Source: a virus (Duplodnaviria; Caudoviricetes). Taken from it: a stretch of 64,000 nucleotides of DNA. The position numbers and the translations under genes are program-made. The notes under the pieces are model-generated. The model ran no database searches. It was not told the origin of the DNA and saw only the letters and a list, made by a program, of their open reading frames with translations. Each line of letters opens with the position of its first letter. The first letter of the stretch is position 1. Where the stretch lies: IMG/VR virus record IMGVR_UViG_3300023174_000047, positions 1 through 64,000 of that record, one strand, 5' to 3'. Below are positions 24,188 through 34,571 of this stretch, piece by piece.

Positions 24188-24468
24188 TTTCATCTAGCTG
24201 TTACTATGAGGTAGAGACCAAAAGCAACACCCAATAAACCTGAAACTAGAAGTAGAATATCCATATTAACTACACAACAGCAAAAATTTCTTAAAAAAGT
24301 AGTAACTGCAAAAGAAATTCATACAATTATTTATGCTAAATGTGTCTCTAAAAAGAAGTCATGCATTACAGTTAGCGGTATAACACTCTTATAAGAGATA
24401 AGTTTTAATTTAAATTTTACCATGACATATATTTTTAGTTGATAGCCTATTGACTCATCATACATTAA

Positions 24469-24756
24469 ATGCAAATGAACAGTAAATTATATGAATCTGA
24501 TCCCGATCTCTACACTAAGATTGTAGATGATTTTGACCGCAATGAAATTCGCAGCTCTGAGCGCATCATTATTGAAGATTGGGTCGCCAAGGCTCTAATT
24601 GCAGAGACGCTGCTGAGTCTTCTCCGCAAGGACCTCATAGACATTACAGGTTTAGCAGTCATTAATGACGGGCAGGATTTTGAACCGACGTTTGCACAGT
24701 CCGCATTTCTAAAAACAGGATCTGAAGAAATGCAAAAAGAATCACCCAAAACATAA
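24469..24756 (+). CDS. hypothetical protein
   Basis: ORF track 95 aa. Confidence 0.7.
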   Translation: MQMNSKLYESDPDLYTKIVDDFDRNEIRSSERIIIEDWVAKALIAETLLSLLRKDLIDITGLAVINDGQDFEPTFAQSAFLKTGSEEMQKESPKT

Positions 24757-24763
24757 TTTAAAT

Positions 24764-24985
24764 ATGAACAACACAGATACATACATCACCCTAGAGTCAT
24801 TCATCAAAGCATGGGATAAAAAATGTAATAGTAGCTTCAATCTGAGCTACATGGACTTACCTGATATTCTTTTAATTGATGATTATTGGCATGAGTCTAT
24901 GACAAAAGAAGAAGCTGTATATGCACTCAATGACATGATGAATGCAATGAAGGAGGAATTAGGTTCTGATGATATTGATTTGTAA
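24764..24985 (+). CDS. hypothetical acidic protein
   Basis: ORF track 73 aa. Confidence 0.7.
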   Translation: MNNTDTYITLESFIKAWDKKCNSSFNLSYMDLPDILLIDDYWHESMTKEEAVYALNDMMNAMKEELGSDDIDL

Positions 24986-25024
24986 TGAATAATTTTGTAT
25001 ATTTTATTTTATCCCTCTTAACTT

Positions 25025-25186
25025 ATGATTAATTATATATCTTTAATAGGCGCTTTCTTCTGCGGCTGGGTTGTTGGTGTCATTACAATTATATTCATCC
25101 TAGAATGTAGTTTTGCCCCTAAGCACGAAGAATTTGACGATGATGATGACGATGACGATGATAGTGCCGTCAAACCCATACACTAA
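25025..25186 (+). CDS. small membrane protein with poly-Asp tail (53 aa; not in ORF track)
   Basis: MINYISLIGAFFCGWVVGVITIIFILECSFAPKHEEFDDDDDDDDDSAVKPIH. Confidence 0.55.
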   Translation: MINYISLIGAFFCGWVVGVITIIFILECSFAPKHEEFDDDDDDDDDSAVKPIH

Positions 25187-25278
25187 AAACTTCTACACTA
25201 AAAAATATAATAATGGCAGCATTATTATATTTTTTTTATTTTTTCATTTCAAGCTAGCTCAAAAAATAAATATTAATA

Positions 25279-25608
25279 ATGAGCGATCATAAAAATTTAA
25301 TTAATGAATTTTTAAGCGGCGGGTGGATTATCCTCATTGTCGGTGCTTCGGGCATGGGAGCAAGAATACTTTGCAGTGGAATAAGACATTCAGCTTATGA
25401 AATTTTTAAAAGAATACTTGCTGCATCTCTTTGCTCTGGCATTGCATGGTTTGTGCTTGAACAGACTGAACTTGCTAGCTTAACCAAAGCCATTGTATAT
25501 GGCGTGGTGGGTGTAGTTAGCCCAGAACTCATTAATGGTTTAATAAAAATTGCTGCTAGATTTGCTAAAAATCCGATAAAGTTCTTTGACGATAATAAGA
25601 GCAATTGA
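25279..25608 (+). CDS. holin-like membrane protein (LydA-like, 3 TM)
   Basis: Three hydrophobic helices, charged C-terminus, TAAATA late promoter. Confidence 0.6.
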   Translation: MSDHKNLINEFLSGGWIILIVGASGMGARILCSGIRHSAYEIFKRILAASLCSGIAWFVLEQTELASLTKAIVYGVVGVVSPELINGLIKIAARFAKNPIKFFDDNKSN

Positions 25609-25637
25609 AATGTAATATACACTGGTTAAATACACAT

Positions 25638-26894
25638 ATGAACCGCAGAGAATTTATTCGAGTAGGTGCTGCAGCAGGTGCATCACTTCCCACTCTACTC
25701 AAAGCGCAATCTGCAAATGCAGCAAAAGCTACATCTGTAATTCAAATTTTCCTACCTGGCGGCATTGCACATCAGGATGCATGGGACTATAAACCCAATG
25801 GATCGTCTGATTACAGGGGACCTTTTGGAGGTATTAAGACTAAAATTGATGGAGTTTATTTTGGCTCTTTGCTGCAAAATACGGCAAATATTAGCAATGA
25901 ATTGACAGTCATAAGATCCATGACACATGGTGAAGCTGCTCATGAGCGCGGGGTGCATAATATGCTCACAGGCTACAAGCCATCTCCAGCATTATCTTAC
26001 CCTTCTTTTGGAAGCGTTATTAATCATGAGCTCGGCAGTAGAAACAATTTACCCGCGTATGTGCTCGTACCAAATCAATTTGCTCCCGAGAATGGCACTG
26101 GTTACTTATCAACCCGTTTCGGACCATTTGCACTAGGTTCAAATCCAGAGGATCCATCGTTTGTAGTCAGGGATCTAAAACTGCCCTCTGGTGTGACAAA
26201 TGAGATGTTTGAGCGACGCAAAAAAATGCTCGGCATTGTAGATGATTATTTTAAAACAAGAGAATCACGTGCTGATGCAATTAAAGCATCTGATTCGTTT
26301 TATAATGATGCTTATAATATGATTTCTTCTACCCAGGCTCGTGAAGCATTTGAGATATCAAAAGAAACAGATTCAGTAAGAGAGACATATGGAAAAAATG
26401 CTGCTGGTCAGCGATTGCTGCTTGCACGTAGATTGGTTGAAGCAGGTGTTCGAATGGTCACTGTAACATATGGTAGCTGGGATCATCATAGTAACATCAA
26501 GAGTGCATTTGAGCAAAATATGGTTAGTTTTGATAAAGCCTTTGCTGCACTTATTGCAGACTTAAGGCAACGCGGATTGCTTGATTCTACATTAGTCTTA
26601 GTTACATCTGAATTTGGACGCACACCTAAAATCAATCAAACCAATGGCCGCGATCATTGGCCTCGTGTATTCTCTTCTGTACTTGCTGGGGGCGGAACCA
26701 AGGCAGGATTTGCATATGGAACCAGTGATGCATTAGCATCGGAACCAGATACAGATCCAGTTACCCCCGGTCAGTTAGCTGCTACAATGTACCATCTCAT
26801 GGGCATTAATCCTAGAAAGACCCTCATGACACCTGATTTGCGCCCTGTAGAAATTGTCTATGAAGCTCAGCCTATTGAGCAAATCATTGTTTAA
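25638..26894 (+). CDS. DUF1501 family protein with Tat signal
   Basis: MNRREF twin-Arg; IFLPGG.AHQD.WD.KP; SMTHGEAAHE; WDHH; SEFGRTPKIN..NGRDHWP. Confidence 0.9.
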   Translation: MNRREFIRVGAAAGASLPTLLKAQSANAAKATSVIQIFLPGGIAHQDAWDYKPNGSSDYRGPFGGIKTKIDGVYFGSLLQNTANISNELTVIRSMTHGEAAHERGVHNMLTGYKPSPALSYPSFGSVINHELGSRNNLPAYVLVPNQFAPENGTGYLSTRFGPFALGSNPEDPSFVVRDLKLPSGVTNEMFERRKKMLGIVDDYFKTRESRADAIKASDSFYNDAYNMISSTQAREAFEISKETDSVRETYGKNAAGQRLLLARRLVEAGVRMVTVTYGSWDHHSNIKSAFEQNMVSFDKAFAALIADLRQRGLLDSTLVLVTSEFGRTPKINQTNGRDHWPRVFSSVLAGGGTKAGFAYGTSDALASEPDTDPVTPGQLAATMYHLMGINPRKTLMTPDLRPVEIVYEAQPIEQIIV

Positions 26895-27217
26895 ACGCCT
26901 TGATTAGAGAATGAAAAGAACTGTGTTCTTATGGACAGCTGACCAGCACCTGCGGTTGTTTGTGCGCTTACTTGCGAGCTGTTGGTAAGACCTCTAAATA
27001 TAAATTCTTGATCTGCTGACAAGCGAAATGCATTTGACACAGCAAAATTGTTTTGATCGTATACAGCAATGCCCTGCCCAGTTGTATTTTTTATAATGAC
27101 CTCTGAACACACCTGAAAGGGAAGAGCTTTTAAATTGGTGTCTAATGCAACGCTGAAAGACTTACATGTATTGAGGTTGTAATATGTAACTCCATTGTTT
27201 GTTGTAGGTGCTGGCAT
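26891..27217 (-). CDS. hypothetical beta-rich protein
   Basis: ORF track; TAAATA upstream on the minus strand. Confidence 0.7.
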   Translation of the reverse strand: MPAPTTNNGVTYYNLNTCKSFSVALDTNLKALPFQVCSEVIIKNTTGQGIAVYDQNNFAVSNAFRLSADQEFIFRGLTNSSQVSAQTTAGAGQLSIRTQFFSFSNQGV

Positions 27218-27244
27218 GTATCTATTTATTCTCTAAATACAAAT

Positions 27245-28012
27245 ATGAGCTTCAACAATACTTTTAATTCTATTATTTCGGAAAAAAAATTGCACACTAC
27301 TTCGCAAATGCAAAATGAGATGAATGAGTTTGTTGACTCTTTAAGATCAAAAAATAATGTATTGTTCGTAACAACTAGCAACAGATGGTCTGGTTCCGAA
27401 CAAAAAGCAAAATCTACACAACTTGCATATCATATAAAAGACATGCTTCCAGATCAAACTATTAACATCATTGAAGCAGATAAGCTCAATATTAGGTGCT
27501 GTTCCGGTAATGTTAGTTTAGCGTCTGGGAATATTTGCGGCGCAAAAGATGCTCTATTAAAAAGTTCATCAAAAAATCCAACTGGGTTAATAAGATGTTG
27601 GGAAGCTAAACATAGAGATGATGAAATTTATAAAATTGCTAACAAGATATTTGAAGCAAATGCAGTTGTATTTTTTACAAGTGTGAGGTGGGGACAGACT
27701 AATTCTATATACCAAAAACTCATAGAACGACTCACATGGTTAGAAAATAGATGGAGCTGTTTGGATGAGAGCAACTTACTCGAAAATAAAGAAGCAGGCA
27801 TCATAGTAATAGGCCACAACTGGAAAGATAAACAAGTTATGCAAACGCAGCGCCAAGTTTTTGAGATGTTTGGGTTCAAGTCGCCAGTGCCTATGTCATT
27901 GTATTGGCAGTTTACAGATGATGCTAGTGATGAAACTAAACAATCATATAAAGCAGCAACATCTCAGTTTCAAGATGACTTTGATTTTAGATTGCATAAA
28001 AAGAATAAATAA
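27245..28012 (+). CDS. flavodoxin-like / NADPH-dependent FMN reductase (iron-sulfur flavoprotein-like)
   Basis: LFVTTSNR...SKSTQLA; Cys cluster; FTSVRWGQTNSIYQKLIERL. Confidence 0.75.
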   Translation: MSFNNTFNSIISEKKLHTTSQMQNEMNEFVDSLRSKNNVLFVTTSNRWSGSEQKAKSTQLAYHIKDMLPDQTINIIEADKLNIRCCSGNVSLASGNICGAKDALLKSSSKNPTGLIRCWEAKHRDDEIYKIANKIFEANAVVFFTSVRWGQTNSIYQKLIERLTWLENRWSCLDESNLLENKEAGIIVIGHNWKDKQVMQTQRQVFEMFGFKSPVPMSLYWQFTDDASDETKQSYKAATSQFQDDFDFRLHKKNK

Positions 28013-28017
28013 TAATT

Positions 28018-28419
28018 ATGAAAAAATTAATTGCGGTTTTGGTAGGAATGTGCACGTTGACATTTGGTGCAACTGTTGAACAGCTCAGCAGTTATAGCAA
28101 AAAAATTGACGCTGTCCTAGATAAGCAGTATGTTGTATCAAAAATTGCACCTATGCAATTCATTAATGATGGACGCGACCATCACCCCGGTGCATTTTGT
28201 GGTGTGCTCATTGGTGCAGGCATTAAAGGCGGGCAAGTTTACGGTAAGTCTGATGACAAGGGAATGAAAGCAATAGAGAACATTATATCACCAGCTGATT
28301 TTAATGCTACCATTGCTGTAGCTGCAGGTCTGCCTATTAATCATGTACTATTATCGCCTGAAGGTAGACCATTCAAACTTGCTGATAAGGGTGTACCTGT
28401 ATCGGCATTGCTTGCATGA
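28018..28419 (+). CDS. chimeric remnant: signal peptide + DUF1549-like start fused to a DUF1501 C-terminus
   Basis: KKIDAVLDKQ....IAP..FIND joined to GRDHHP..F..VLIGAGIKGGQVYGKSD...SPEGRPF. Confidence 0.6.
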   Translation: MKKLIAVLVGMCTLTFGATVEQLSSYSKKIDAVLDKQYVVSKIAPMQFINDGRDHHPGAFCGVLIGAGIKGGQVYGKSDDKGMKAIENIISPADFNATIAVAAGLPINHVLLSPEGRPFKLADKGVPVSALLA

Positions 28420-28434
28420 TGCATAAATAACTGC

Positions 28435-29586
28435 ATGGAAAACCAGGCATTTCATTTTGAGATTGAAGATCTAATCACACAATTCATTGCTGCATTTGAT
28501 GATTGTGTGATCAAGAGATTCACAGGCTCGCGTGGAACAAAAGATCAAATCAATGTGCGGTATATATATGCACCCAAGCAGCGGGTGCTGTATGATATTA
28601 TAAACAAGGGCAAAAATATTACATTGCCTGCTGTATCTCTGCATATTACACAAATTGCAAGAGATCCATCTCGTGTTTTTAACAAGCTTGATGGATTCTA
28701 CTACCCTGCTTCAGACACAAATAATGAGTATGCTGCGTTTTCTAATCAGGTATTTTCACCTGTACCAGTGAATGTATCAGTAAACATGAGCATCATTGCT
28801 AAGTATCAAACAGATTTAGAACAAATTATTTCCAACTTTGCATCATATGTAAATCCATATCTCATCATAAGCTGGAAAATTCCTGCATCTTATAATTTGA
28901 GCAAAACTTACGAAATACGAACAGAAGTTGATTGGAGTGGGTCCATTAGTTTAGCTTATCCAGGTGACCAAACACCAACAGATGTTTATAGAGTAACTGC
29001 AGATACAAGCTTTACAATTAAAGGCTGGTTATTCCCAGAAGCACCAACAAATAAAGTAAAAAATATATTCTTCATTGATGCTAATTTTTATGCTACCAGA
29101 CAACTATCTGGTAATCCATATAATTTCATATACTCAACGCTTGATGAGTATGCAACATTGAGTGCATCAAATATAGGAGGTTTTGTAGAAACAGTGAGTA
29201 TATCTGCTGCTCCAACCATTACCAATGTATATTATGCAACAAGAACAGGCATCGGTGAAAACATTACATCAAATTATACCATCAATTCATTTGTATCAGG
29301 TGGAGCCATTACTTTATTAGGCAAGAGATTCACTAATACATCTGCTGTAGCACTTAGCAGCAGCAATGCATTATTTTACAAGTCATTGACTGCACTTAAC
29401 TTTGCATATTACCCACCTATTTCGTGTTTTTTAATTAACAGTTATAGCATTATTAACGATAATGTAATGACAGTTACACTGCCTACACTTTCTGCAGCAG
29501 GTAAATTTACCGTTGCAGTCATCAATGGGGCAGGATATGACACATCTTATAGCGCCAATCAAAGTGTTTTTATTAATGTTGTGTAG
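28435..29586 (+). CDS. gp15: tail sheath stabiliser / tail terminator (T4 gp15-like) with C-terminal Ig-like extension
   Basis: I.VRYIYAPKQR..., LPAVSL.IT.IARDPSR..NK, PVPVNVSVNMSIIAK.Q.D.EQIISNF. Confidence 0.8.
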   Translation: MENQAFHFEIEDLITQFIAAFDDCVIKRFTGSRGTKDQINVRYIYAPKQRVLYDIINKGKNITLPAVSLHITQIARDPSRVFNKLDGFYYPASDTNNEYAAFSNQVFSPVPVNVSVNMSIIAKYQTDLEQIISNFASYVNPYLIISWKIPASYNLSKTYEIRTEVDWSGSISLAYPGDQTPTDVYRVTADTSFTIKGWLFPEAPTNKVKNIFFIDANFYATRQLSGNPYNFIYSTLDEYATLSASNIGGFVETVSISAAPTITNVYYATRTGIGENITSNYTINSFVSGGAITLLGKRFTNTSAVALSSSNALFYKSLTALNFAYYPPISCFLINSYSIINDNVMTVTLPTLSAAGKFTVAVINGAGYDTSYSANQSVFINVV

Positions 29587-29617
29587 CTGTTCGCTGTTAA
29601 GCAACTAAATAACTAGA

Positions 29618-31399
29618 ATGGACTCTTCTTATAGTAATCAATCCAATGTGCAGCAAACATTTGGTAGGCAGTTAATGACCTACATTTCTTCTAAGCTGCC
29701 ATATTCTGGTTTTAATGTTCTGGATTTTACAGAAAAAGAAAATCCCAAATTCAAAACATTTGAAGAAACCGGCATTCGCAGAAACGAAGCACTTGCCAGA
29801 AATTCTGTATCACAATCTAACCTGTTCTCTGCAGGATATGGTGAATTCAAAGATGTGAACTTTGGGGATCTCATGTATGCAAATGTGCAACAAGATAAAG
29901 GTTCACGCATGCAGGATTACAGAGTAATGGCGGCATTTGCAGAAGTATCCAATGCATTAGATGAAGTATGTGATGAAATGATTAATCGCGATTCACAAAA
30001 CAACATTGTCAATATAAGGCTTAGAAACTTCACAATGGACGCAGTTGATCATGAACAGCTGCAGCTAGAATTTCAGAAATACATTCAGTTCTATGATCTC
30101 GAAAATAAAGGCTGGGCATATTTTCGAGAACTTTTAATTGAAGGAGAGTTATTTTTTGAACACATCATTCATAAAAAATATCCCGAGCAGGGTGTATTAG
30201 GCACAATTAGAATGCCTACGGAATTAGTAGATCCAGTTTACAACAATATTCAAAACATGATTGTTAAAGGCTTTCTATATAGAAAGCCAATTTTTGATGC
30301 AACTAATCCTAAGAAAAAAATTGAAGAGAAGATGATTCCTATGCAGGAGAATCAGGTTGTATATATCAACAGCGGCATTTGGAATCAAAATAAAACAGTG
30401 CGCCTGCCTTTCATTGAAAACGCCCGCCGTGCATATCGTCAATTGTCTCTCATTGAAGATGCCATTGTAATTTATCGTCTGGTGCGTGCGCCAGAGCGTC
30501 TTATTTTTAATGTTGATGTAGGCAACATGGCACCACCCAAGGCAGAAGCTTATCTACGCAAGCTTATTCAGCAATATTGGAGCAGCAAGACTTTTGATGT
30601 TGATCAGAACGATGTGGTTAGAAAATTTAACCCACAGAGCATGCTGGATAGTTTTTGGTTTGCCAAGAGAGCTGGATCTGAAGGTACAAATGTAACACAA
30701 TTGCCTGGTGGTCAGAATCTTGGTGAATTGACAGACTTGATGTATTTTGTCAAAAAACTATACGAAGCACTCAAAGTACCAGTCAATAGACTTGATCCAC
30801 AATCACAAATTTCTGCTGACAGCTCAATTTTGCGTGAAGAATTAAAATTCGCAAGATTTGTCATTAGAATGCAGCAGTTGTTTGCTACGGGTCTTAAAAG
30901 AGGTTTCTTTACTCATCTGCACCTCAAGGGGCTGTGGGATAAATGGAATCTCAAAGATTATTATTTGGATGTAGAATTTAATCCGCCTACTAATTATTAT
31001 GAGCTACGCCAAAGTCAGCGATTGGAAATTAAAGTGAGCAACTTTAATAACCTTGCTTCAAATGCAACGATTTCTCAAACATATTTACAGAAAAAATTAC
31101 TCAGCTGGAGTGACATTGATATCAAAGCTAACAGAGAGTATCTACGCGCAGATAAAGAATTGGAATGGGAGCTTAATCAGATCTCTAACTCCGGTCCATA
31201 TTGGAAGCTTATGATGGGTGGTGGTGCGGGTGGCGATGGTGGTGCGGGTGGCGAGACTGGGGGTGCTCCCCCTGCAGGTGGTGCAGGCCCAGCAGGTATT
31301 CCACCTGAATTTGCAGGCGGGCCTGCAGCTGTAGAGGCACCGCCAGAAGTTGAAGCGCCACCAGAAGCAGCAGCAGCACCACCTGAAGCAGGTGAATAG
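29618..31399 (+). CDS. gp20: portal protein (T4 gp20-like)
   Basis: QLSLIEDAIVIYRLVRAPERLIFNVDVGNMAPPKAEAYL, W.AKR.G..GT..T.LPGGQNLGE, REELKF. Confidence 0.97.
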   Translation: MDSSYSNQSNVQQTFGRQLMTYISSKLPYSGFNVLDFTEKENPKFKTFEETGIRRNEALARNSVSQSNLFSAGYGEFKDVNFGDLMYANVQQDKGSRMQDYRVMAAFAEVSNALDEVCDEMINRDSQNNIVNIRLRNFTMDAVDHEQLQLEFQKYIQFYDLENKGWAYFRELLIEGELFFEHIIHKKYPEQGVLGTIRMPTELVDPVYNNIQNMIVKGFLYRKPIFDATNPKKKIEEKMIPMQENQVVYINSGIWNQNKTVRLPFIENARRAYRQLSLIEDAIVIYRLVRAPERLIFNVDVGNMAPPKAEAYLRKLIQQYWSSKTFDVDQNDVVRKFNPQSMLDSFWFAKRAGSEGTNVTQLPGGQNLGELTDLMYFVKKLYEALKVPVNRLDPQSQISADSSILREELKFARFVIRMQQLFATGLKRGFFTHLHLKGLWDKWNLKDYYLDVEFNPPTNYYELRQSQRLEIKVSNFNNLASNATISQTYLQKKLLSWSDIDIKANREYLRADKELEWELNQISNSGPYWKLMMGGGAGGDGGAGGETGGAPPAGGAGPAGIPPEFAGGPAAVEAPPEVEAPPEAAAAPPEAGE

Positions 31400-31521
31400 C
31401 CTATAGTTCTGCAGAGGCACAAAATTTGAGTATTAATATTTTTCTCATGTTTGTGAATATGATGCTTCCGATACTTATCAGAGCCTAAATATGTGTGACA
31501 TGTTTTTTCATGTACATATCT

Positions 31522-32700
31522 ATGGCTAATACTTGCACAATTACACCAATTTCTGCGTTCCAGTCTACCAACCTCAATAGTCGGATCGATTCATTTTGTA
31601 GACTTTCAGACAGAATTGTACGTGCATTGGGTGCACCATTAATTACTATTGAAGTGCATCAAGATCAAATTTTTGAAAACATAAGCATTGCATGTGAACT
31701 TTTTACAAGATATGCAGGATACACGCAAGAGTATTTGATCTTTGATTCAAATTTATATGAAAAGAATAAAGGCATAAGATTAGATTTACTTTACACCTTA
31801 TCAAATTCTAATTTAACAATCGATCGTAAACTTGAAGCACAGACCACTTCAAGATCAACATCACCATATATAGAGCCCCCTCCAGCAGAATATGTTTGTA
31901 TAAGCGCAGTACCGGTATCTTATTTTGCTCAAATTCCAAATCTATCTGCACACTTTACTGAATCTGGTCTCTTTGAGTTTCAATTACTTGATGAGCTTAC
32001 CCGTACAAATATCTTAACATCATTTAAAGCAACTCTCAACATCTCTCTCACAGGTGCCTTTAAGCAAACACAGCGCACCAATAATAAGCTTACTATACAA
32101 GGTGAGTGTACCACTACAGCAGTAGAGCAATATAATAACATGTTTGATTATGATGTTATGGATTACCGCAAAGTAATGTCTGTTACAGATTTTGAGGAAG
32201 GTAGTACCACAGGCATTAATACTTTATTTACCATTGAGCAAACTCTTGCTCAACAAACCTACTTTTCATATGCCATGGGCAATTATGGCTTTGATCTTGT
32301 GTCTTGGTACACGCTGAAAAATTGGCTTGATGTGAGAGAAAAAATGCTCGCAACTAAGCGTGAGATGAAATTTGATGACCGCACTCAGTACATGGTAATG
32401 TATCCTCAGCCGACTGCAAATAGCAGATTCTATGGTGTAATTTCAGCATATGTTGAAAGACCGCTGCGTGATTTAATCAAGGAGTTTTGGGTATACGAAT
32501 ACGCACTTGCTCTTACTAAAATTTCAGTAGGATATGTAAGAGGTAAATATGGGCAGCTGCCGCTGTTTGGTGGTCAGGTCTTTTCATCTGATATGATGAC
32601 ACAAGGCATTGAAGAAAAGAAACGCCTCGAAGAACAGCTGTTTAGCGGCTCGGCTCCAGGCATGGGTGCAGTAGAACCTGTCTGTTTTATGGTTGGGTAG
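31522..32700 (+). CDS. gp13: neck protein (T4 gp13-like)
   Basis: R.LGAPLI.IEV..DQI; W...YALALTK...G.VRGKY...LFGG. Confidence 0.85.
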   Translation: MANTCTITPISAFQSTNLNSRIDSFCRLSDRIVRALGAPLITIEVHQDQIFENISIACELFTRYAGYTQEYLIFDSNLYEKNKGIRLDLLYTLSNSNLTIDRKLEAQTTSRSTSPYIEPPPAEYVCISAVPVSYFAQIPNLSAHFTESGLFEFQLLDELTRTNILTSFKATLNISLTGAFKQTQRTNNKLTIQGECTTTAVEQYNNMFDYDVMDYRKVMSVTDFEEGSTTGINTLFTIEQTLAQQTYFSYAMGNYGFDLVSWYTLKNWLDVREKMLATKREMKFDDRTQYMVMYPQPTANSRFYGVISAYVERPLRDLIKEFWVYEYALALTKISVGYVRGKYGQLPLFGGQVFSSDMMTQGIEEKKRLEEQLFSGSAPGMGAVEPVCFMVG

Positions 32701-32786
32701 TGCTAGTATGTTATGTTTCAAGCATAAAAAGTCTATGATGTATGATATAAAGCGTATAATTTATGCTTACTAATATAAATACGAAT

Positions 32787-33452
32787 ATGGCGTTTAAATT
32801 GCTAGTAGAAAAACCAGCTCCACAGGAAGAGTTTGAATACATTCTTGAAGAAAAGGATCGTAATGCACCTGCAACTCTTTTTATCAAAGGTCCATATATG
32901 ATGGCAAATGGTGTAAATAGAAACAAGCGGCTATACCCATTGGAGGAGATGACTCGTGAAGTTACACGATATACATCTGAAATGATTAAAACGGGACGTG
33001 CAATGGGAGAGCTCAATCATCCAACTACCGCTGATGTAGATTTGGAACGTGCATGTCACATTGTTACTGATTTATGGCAGGAGGGCAATGTATTTTATGG
33101 CAAGAGCAAAGTTCTTTCAACACCATGTGGTCTAATTGTCAGAGCCCTCATCAATGATGGTGTGAAAGTTGGCATGAGCTCAAGAGCTCTTGGTCAATTG
33201 GTTTCTGAAAGCAATGGTACCTCCGTTGTTAAAGAAATGCGATTGGTGGCAATTGATTGCGTTGCTGATCCTTCATATCCAAAAGCGTTTGTTAATGGTA
33301 TACTCGAAAGCAAGCAGTGGGTAGTTGCAACTGATGGCAAGTATCAAGAATCCTATGATAGTTTTGAGCGAAACATCTCACGTTTACCGAAGAAAAATTT
33401 AGATGTATTTTTGCGTGAACACATCATTAAATTCATTAACCTGATTAAATAA
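32787..33452 (+). CDS. gp21: prohead protease (T4 gp21-like)
   Basis: NRNKRLYP, AMGELNHP, GMSSRALG, DCVADPSYPKAFVNGILE. Confidence 0.95.
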   Translation: MAFKLLVEKPAPQEEFEYILEEKDRNAPATLFIKGPYMMANGVNRNKRLYPLEEMTREVTRYTSEMIKTGRAMGELNHPTTADVDLERACHIVTDLWQEGNVFYGKSKVLSTPCGLIVRALINDGVKVGMSSRALGQLVSESNGTSVVKEMRLVAIDCVADPSYPKAFVNGILESKQWVVATDGKYQESYDSFERNISRLPKKNLDVFLREHIIKFINLIK

Positions 33453-33462
33453 ATACATTCGT

Positions 33463-33609
33463 ATGCGTAATAAACAGCAAATAATTAAATTTATCAGTGC
33501 GGTAAATAATAAAAATTACCACAGCGCAACTAAATATATACAAGCAATCGTCGAAGCCAATGTTAAGCATAAGATTGCCTCTGCCGTAAAAACCACAACG
33601 CTTTTCTGA
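33463..33609 (+). CDS. small prohead core-type protein (48 aa; not in ORF track)
   Basis: MRNKQQIIKFISAVNNKNYHSATKYIQAIVEANVKHKIASAVKTTTLF; lies between protease and scaffold. Confidence 0.6.
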   Translation: MRNKQQIIKFISAVNNKNYHSATKYIQAIVEANVKHKIASAVKTTTLF

Positions 33610-33610
33610 T

Positions 33611-34498
33611 ATGGGAAATACCAACAACAACTTCGTAGACATAATTAAAGAAGCCACCGAAGGCATTCTTTCAGAGGAATCCTTAGTAGCAGTCCAAGAA
33701 GCTTTCGATAAGGCGGTAGACGAAAAGTCTACTCTAAATATTGAAGCAGCGCTTGTGAGTCAGGATGCAGAATATGCAGATAAGCTACAATCGCTTCTTG
33801 AGACAATTGATGGAAATCATACTGGCAAGCTTCTTAAACTTGCAGAAGCAATTGATACAAATAATGCTGTTAAGCTCAACAGAGTTGTTAAAAAGTACAA
33901 AACAGCCCTTGCAAATGAAGCAGCACAGTTCAAGAAAAGCCTCGTTAAATCAATGAGCAGATATCTTGAAGTATATTTGGAACAAGCAATTCCACAAGAA
34001 TTCATAAACAAAGCAGTGATTGAGCGTAAAGCTCAGCATGTTTTAGAAAATCTTCGCCAACATCTTGCCATTGATTCCGCTCTCATGGGCGAGTCGATAA
34101 GAACAGCAGTGATTGATGGCAAAAACCAAATTAATGAAGCTCATACAGAGCTTGAGAAAGTACAACGCCGCGCTCGGTTGTTGGAAGAAAAGCTTGTTAA
34201 ATCACAAGCAGATCTGATCCTTATGGAGAAGACATCTACTCTTCCAATTAAAAAGCGTGAATATGTCAAGCGTGTTCTTGATGGCAAGTCTGCAACTTTC
34301 ATTGCAGAAAACATCGATTACACCATCGGCCTGTTTGACAGGACCGAGCGTGACCAAGTTGACTTTCTCAGAGAACAGGCAATGCATGACATCGTCGCAA
34401 CAGATGATGCCCCTGCTGACAGTAGAATTGTTGAGGAGTCCTCACAATTCACATCACAGACATGCAGCCCGTATCTCCAAGAACTTTCCAAGTACTAA
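33611..34498 (+). CDS. gp22: prohead scaffold (T4 gp22-like)
   Basis: Helical acidic protein between gp21 and gp23. Confidence 0.85.
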   Translation: MGNTNNNFVDIIKEATEGILSEESLVAVQEAFDKAVDEKSTLNIEAALVSQDAEYADKLQSLLETIDGNHTGKLLKLAEAIDTNNAVKLNRVVKKYKTALANEAAQFKKSLVKSMSRYLEVYLEQAIPQEFINKAVIERKAQHVLENLRQHLAIDSALMGESIRTAVIDGKNQINEAHTELEKVQRRARLLEEKLVKSQADLILMEKTSTLPIKKREYVKRVLDGKSATFIAENIDYTIGLFDRTERDQVDFLREQAMHDIVATDDAPADSRIVEESSQFTSQTCSPYLQELSKY

Positions 34499-34571
34499 TA
34501 TAGTACTAGTGGAATCACAAAAATGAGGTACAAAAATACCTGAGATCGAGAATAAGAAAAAAGGAATATCT

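Noticed and set aside
24190-24420. Further tRNA or ORF after the pseudo-His gene
   Set aside because: No cloverleaf or sustained open frame that I could support
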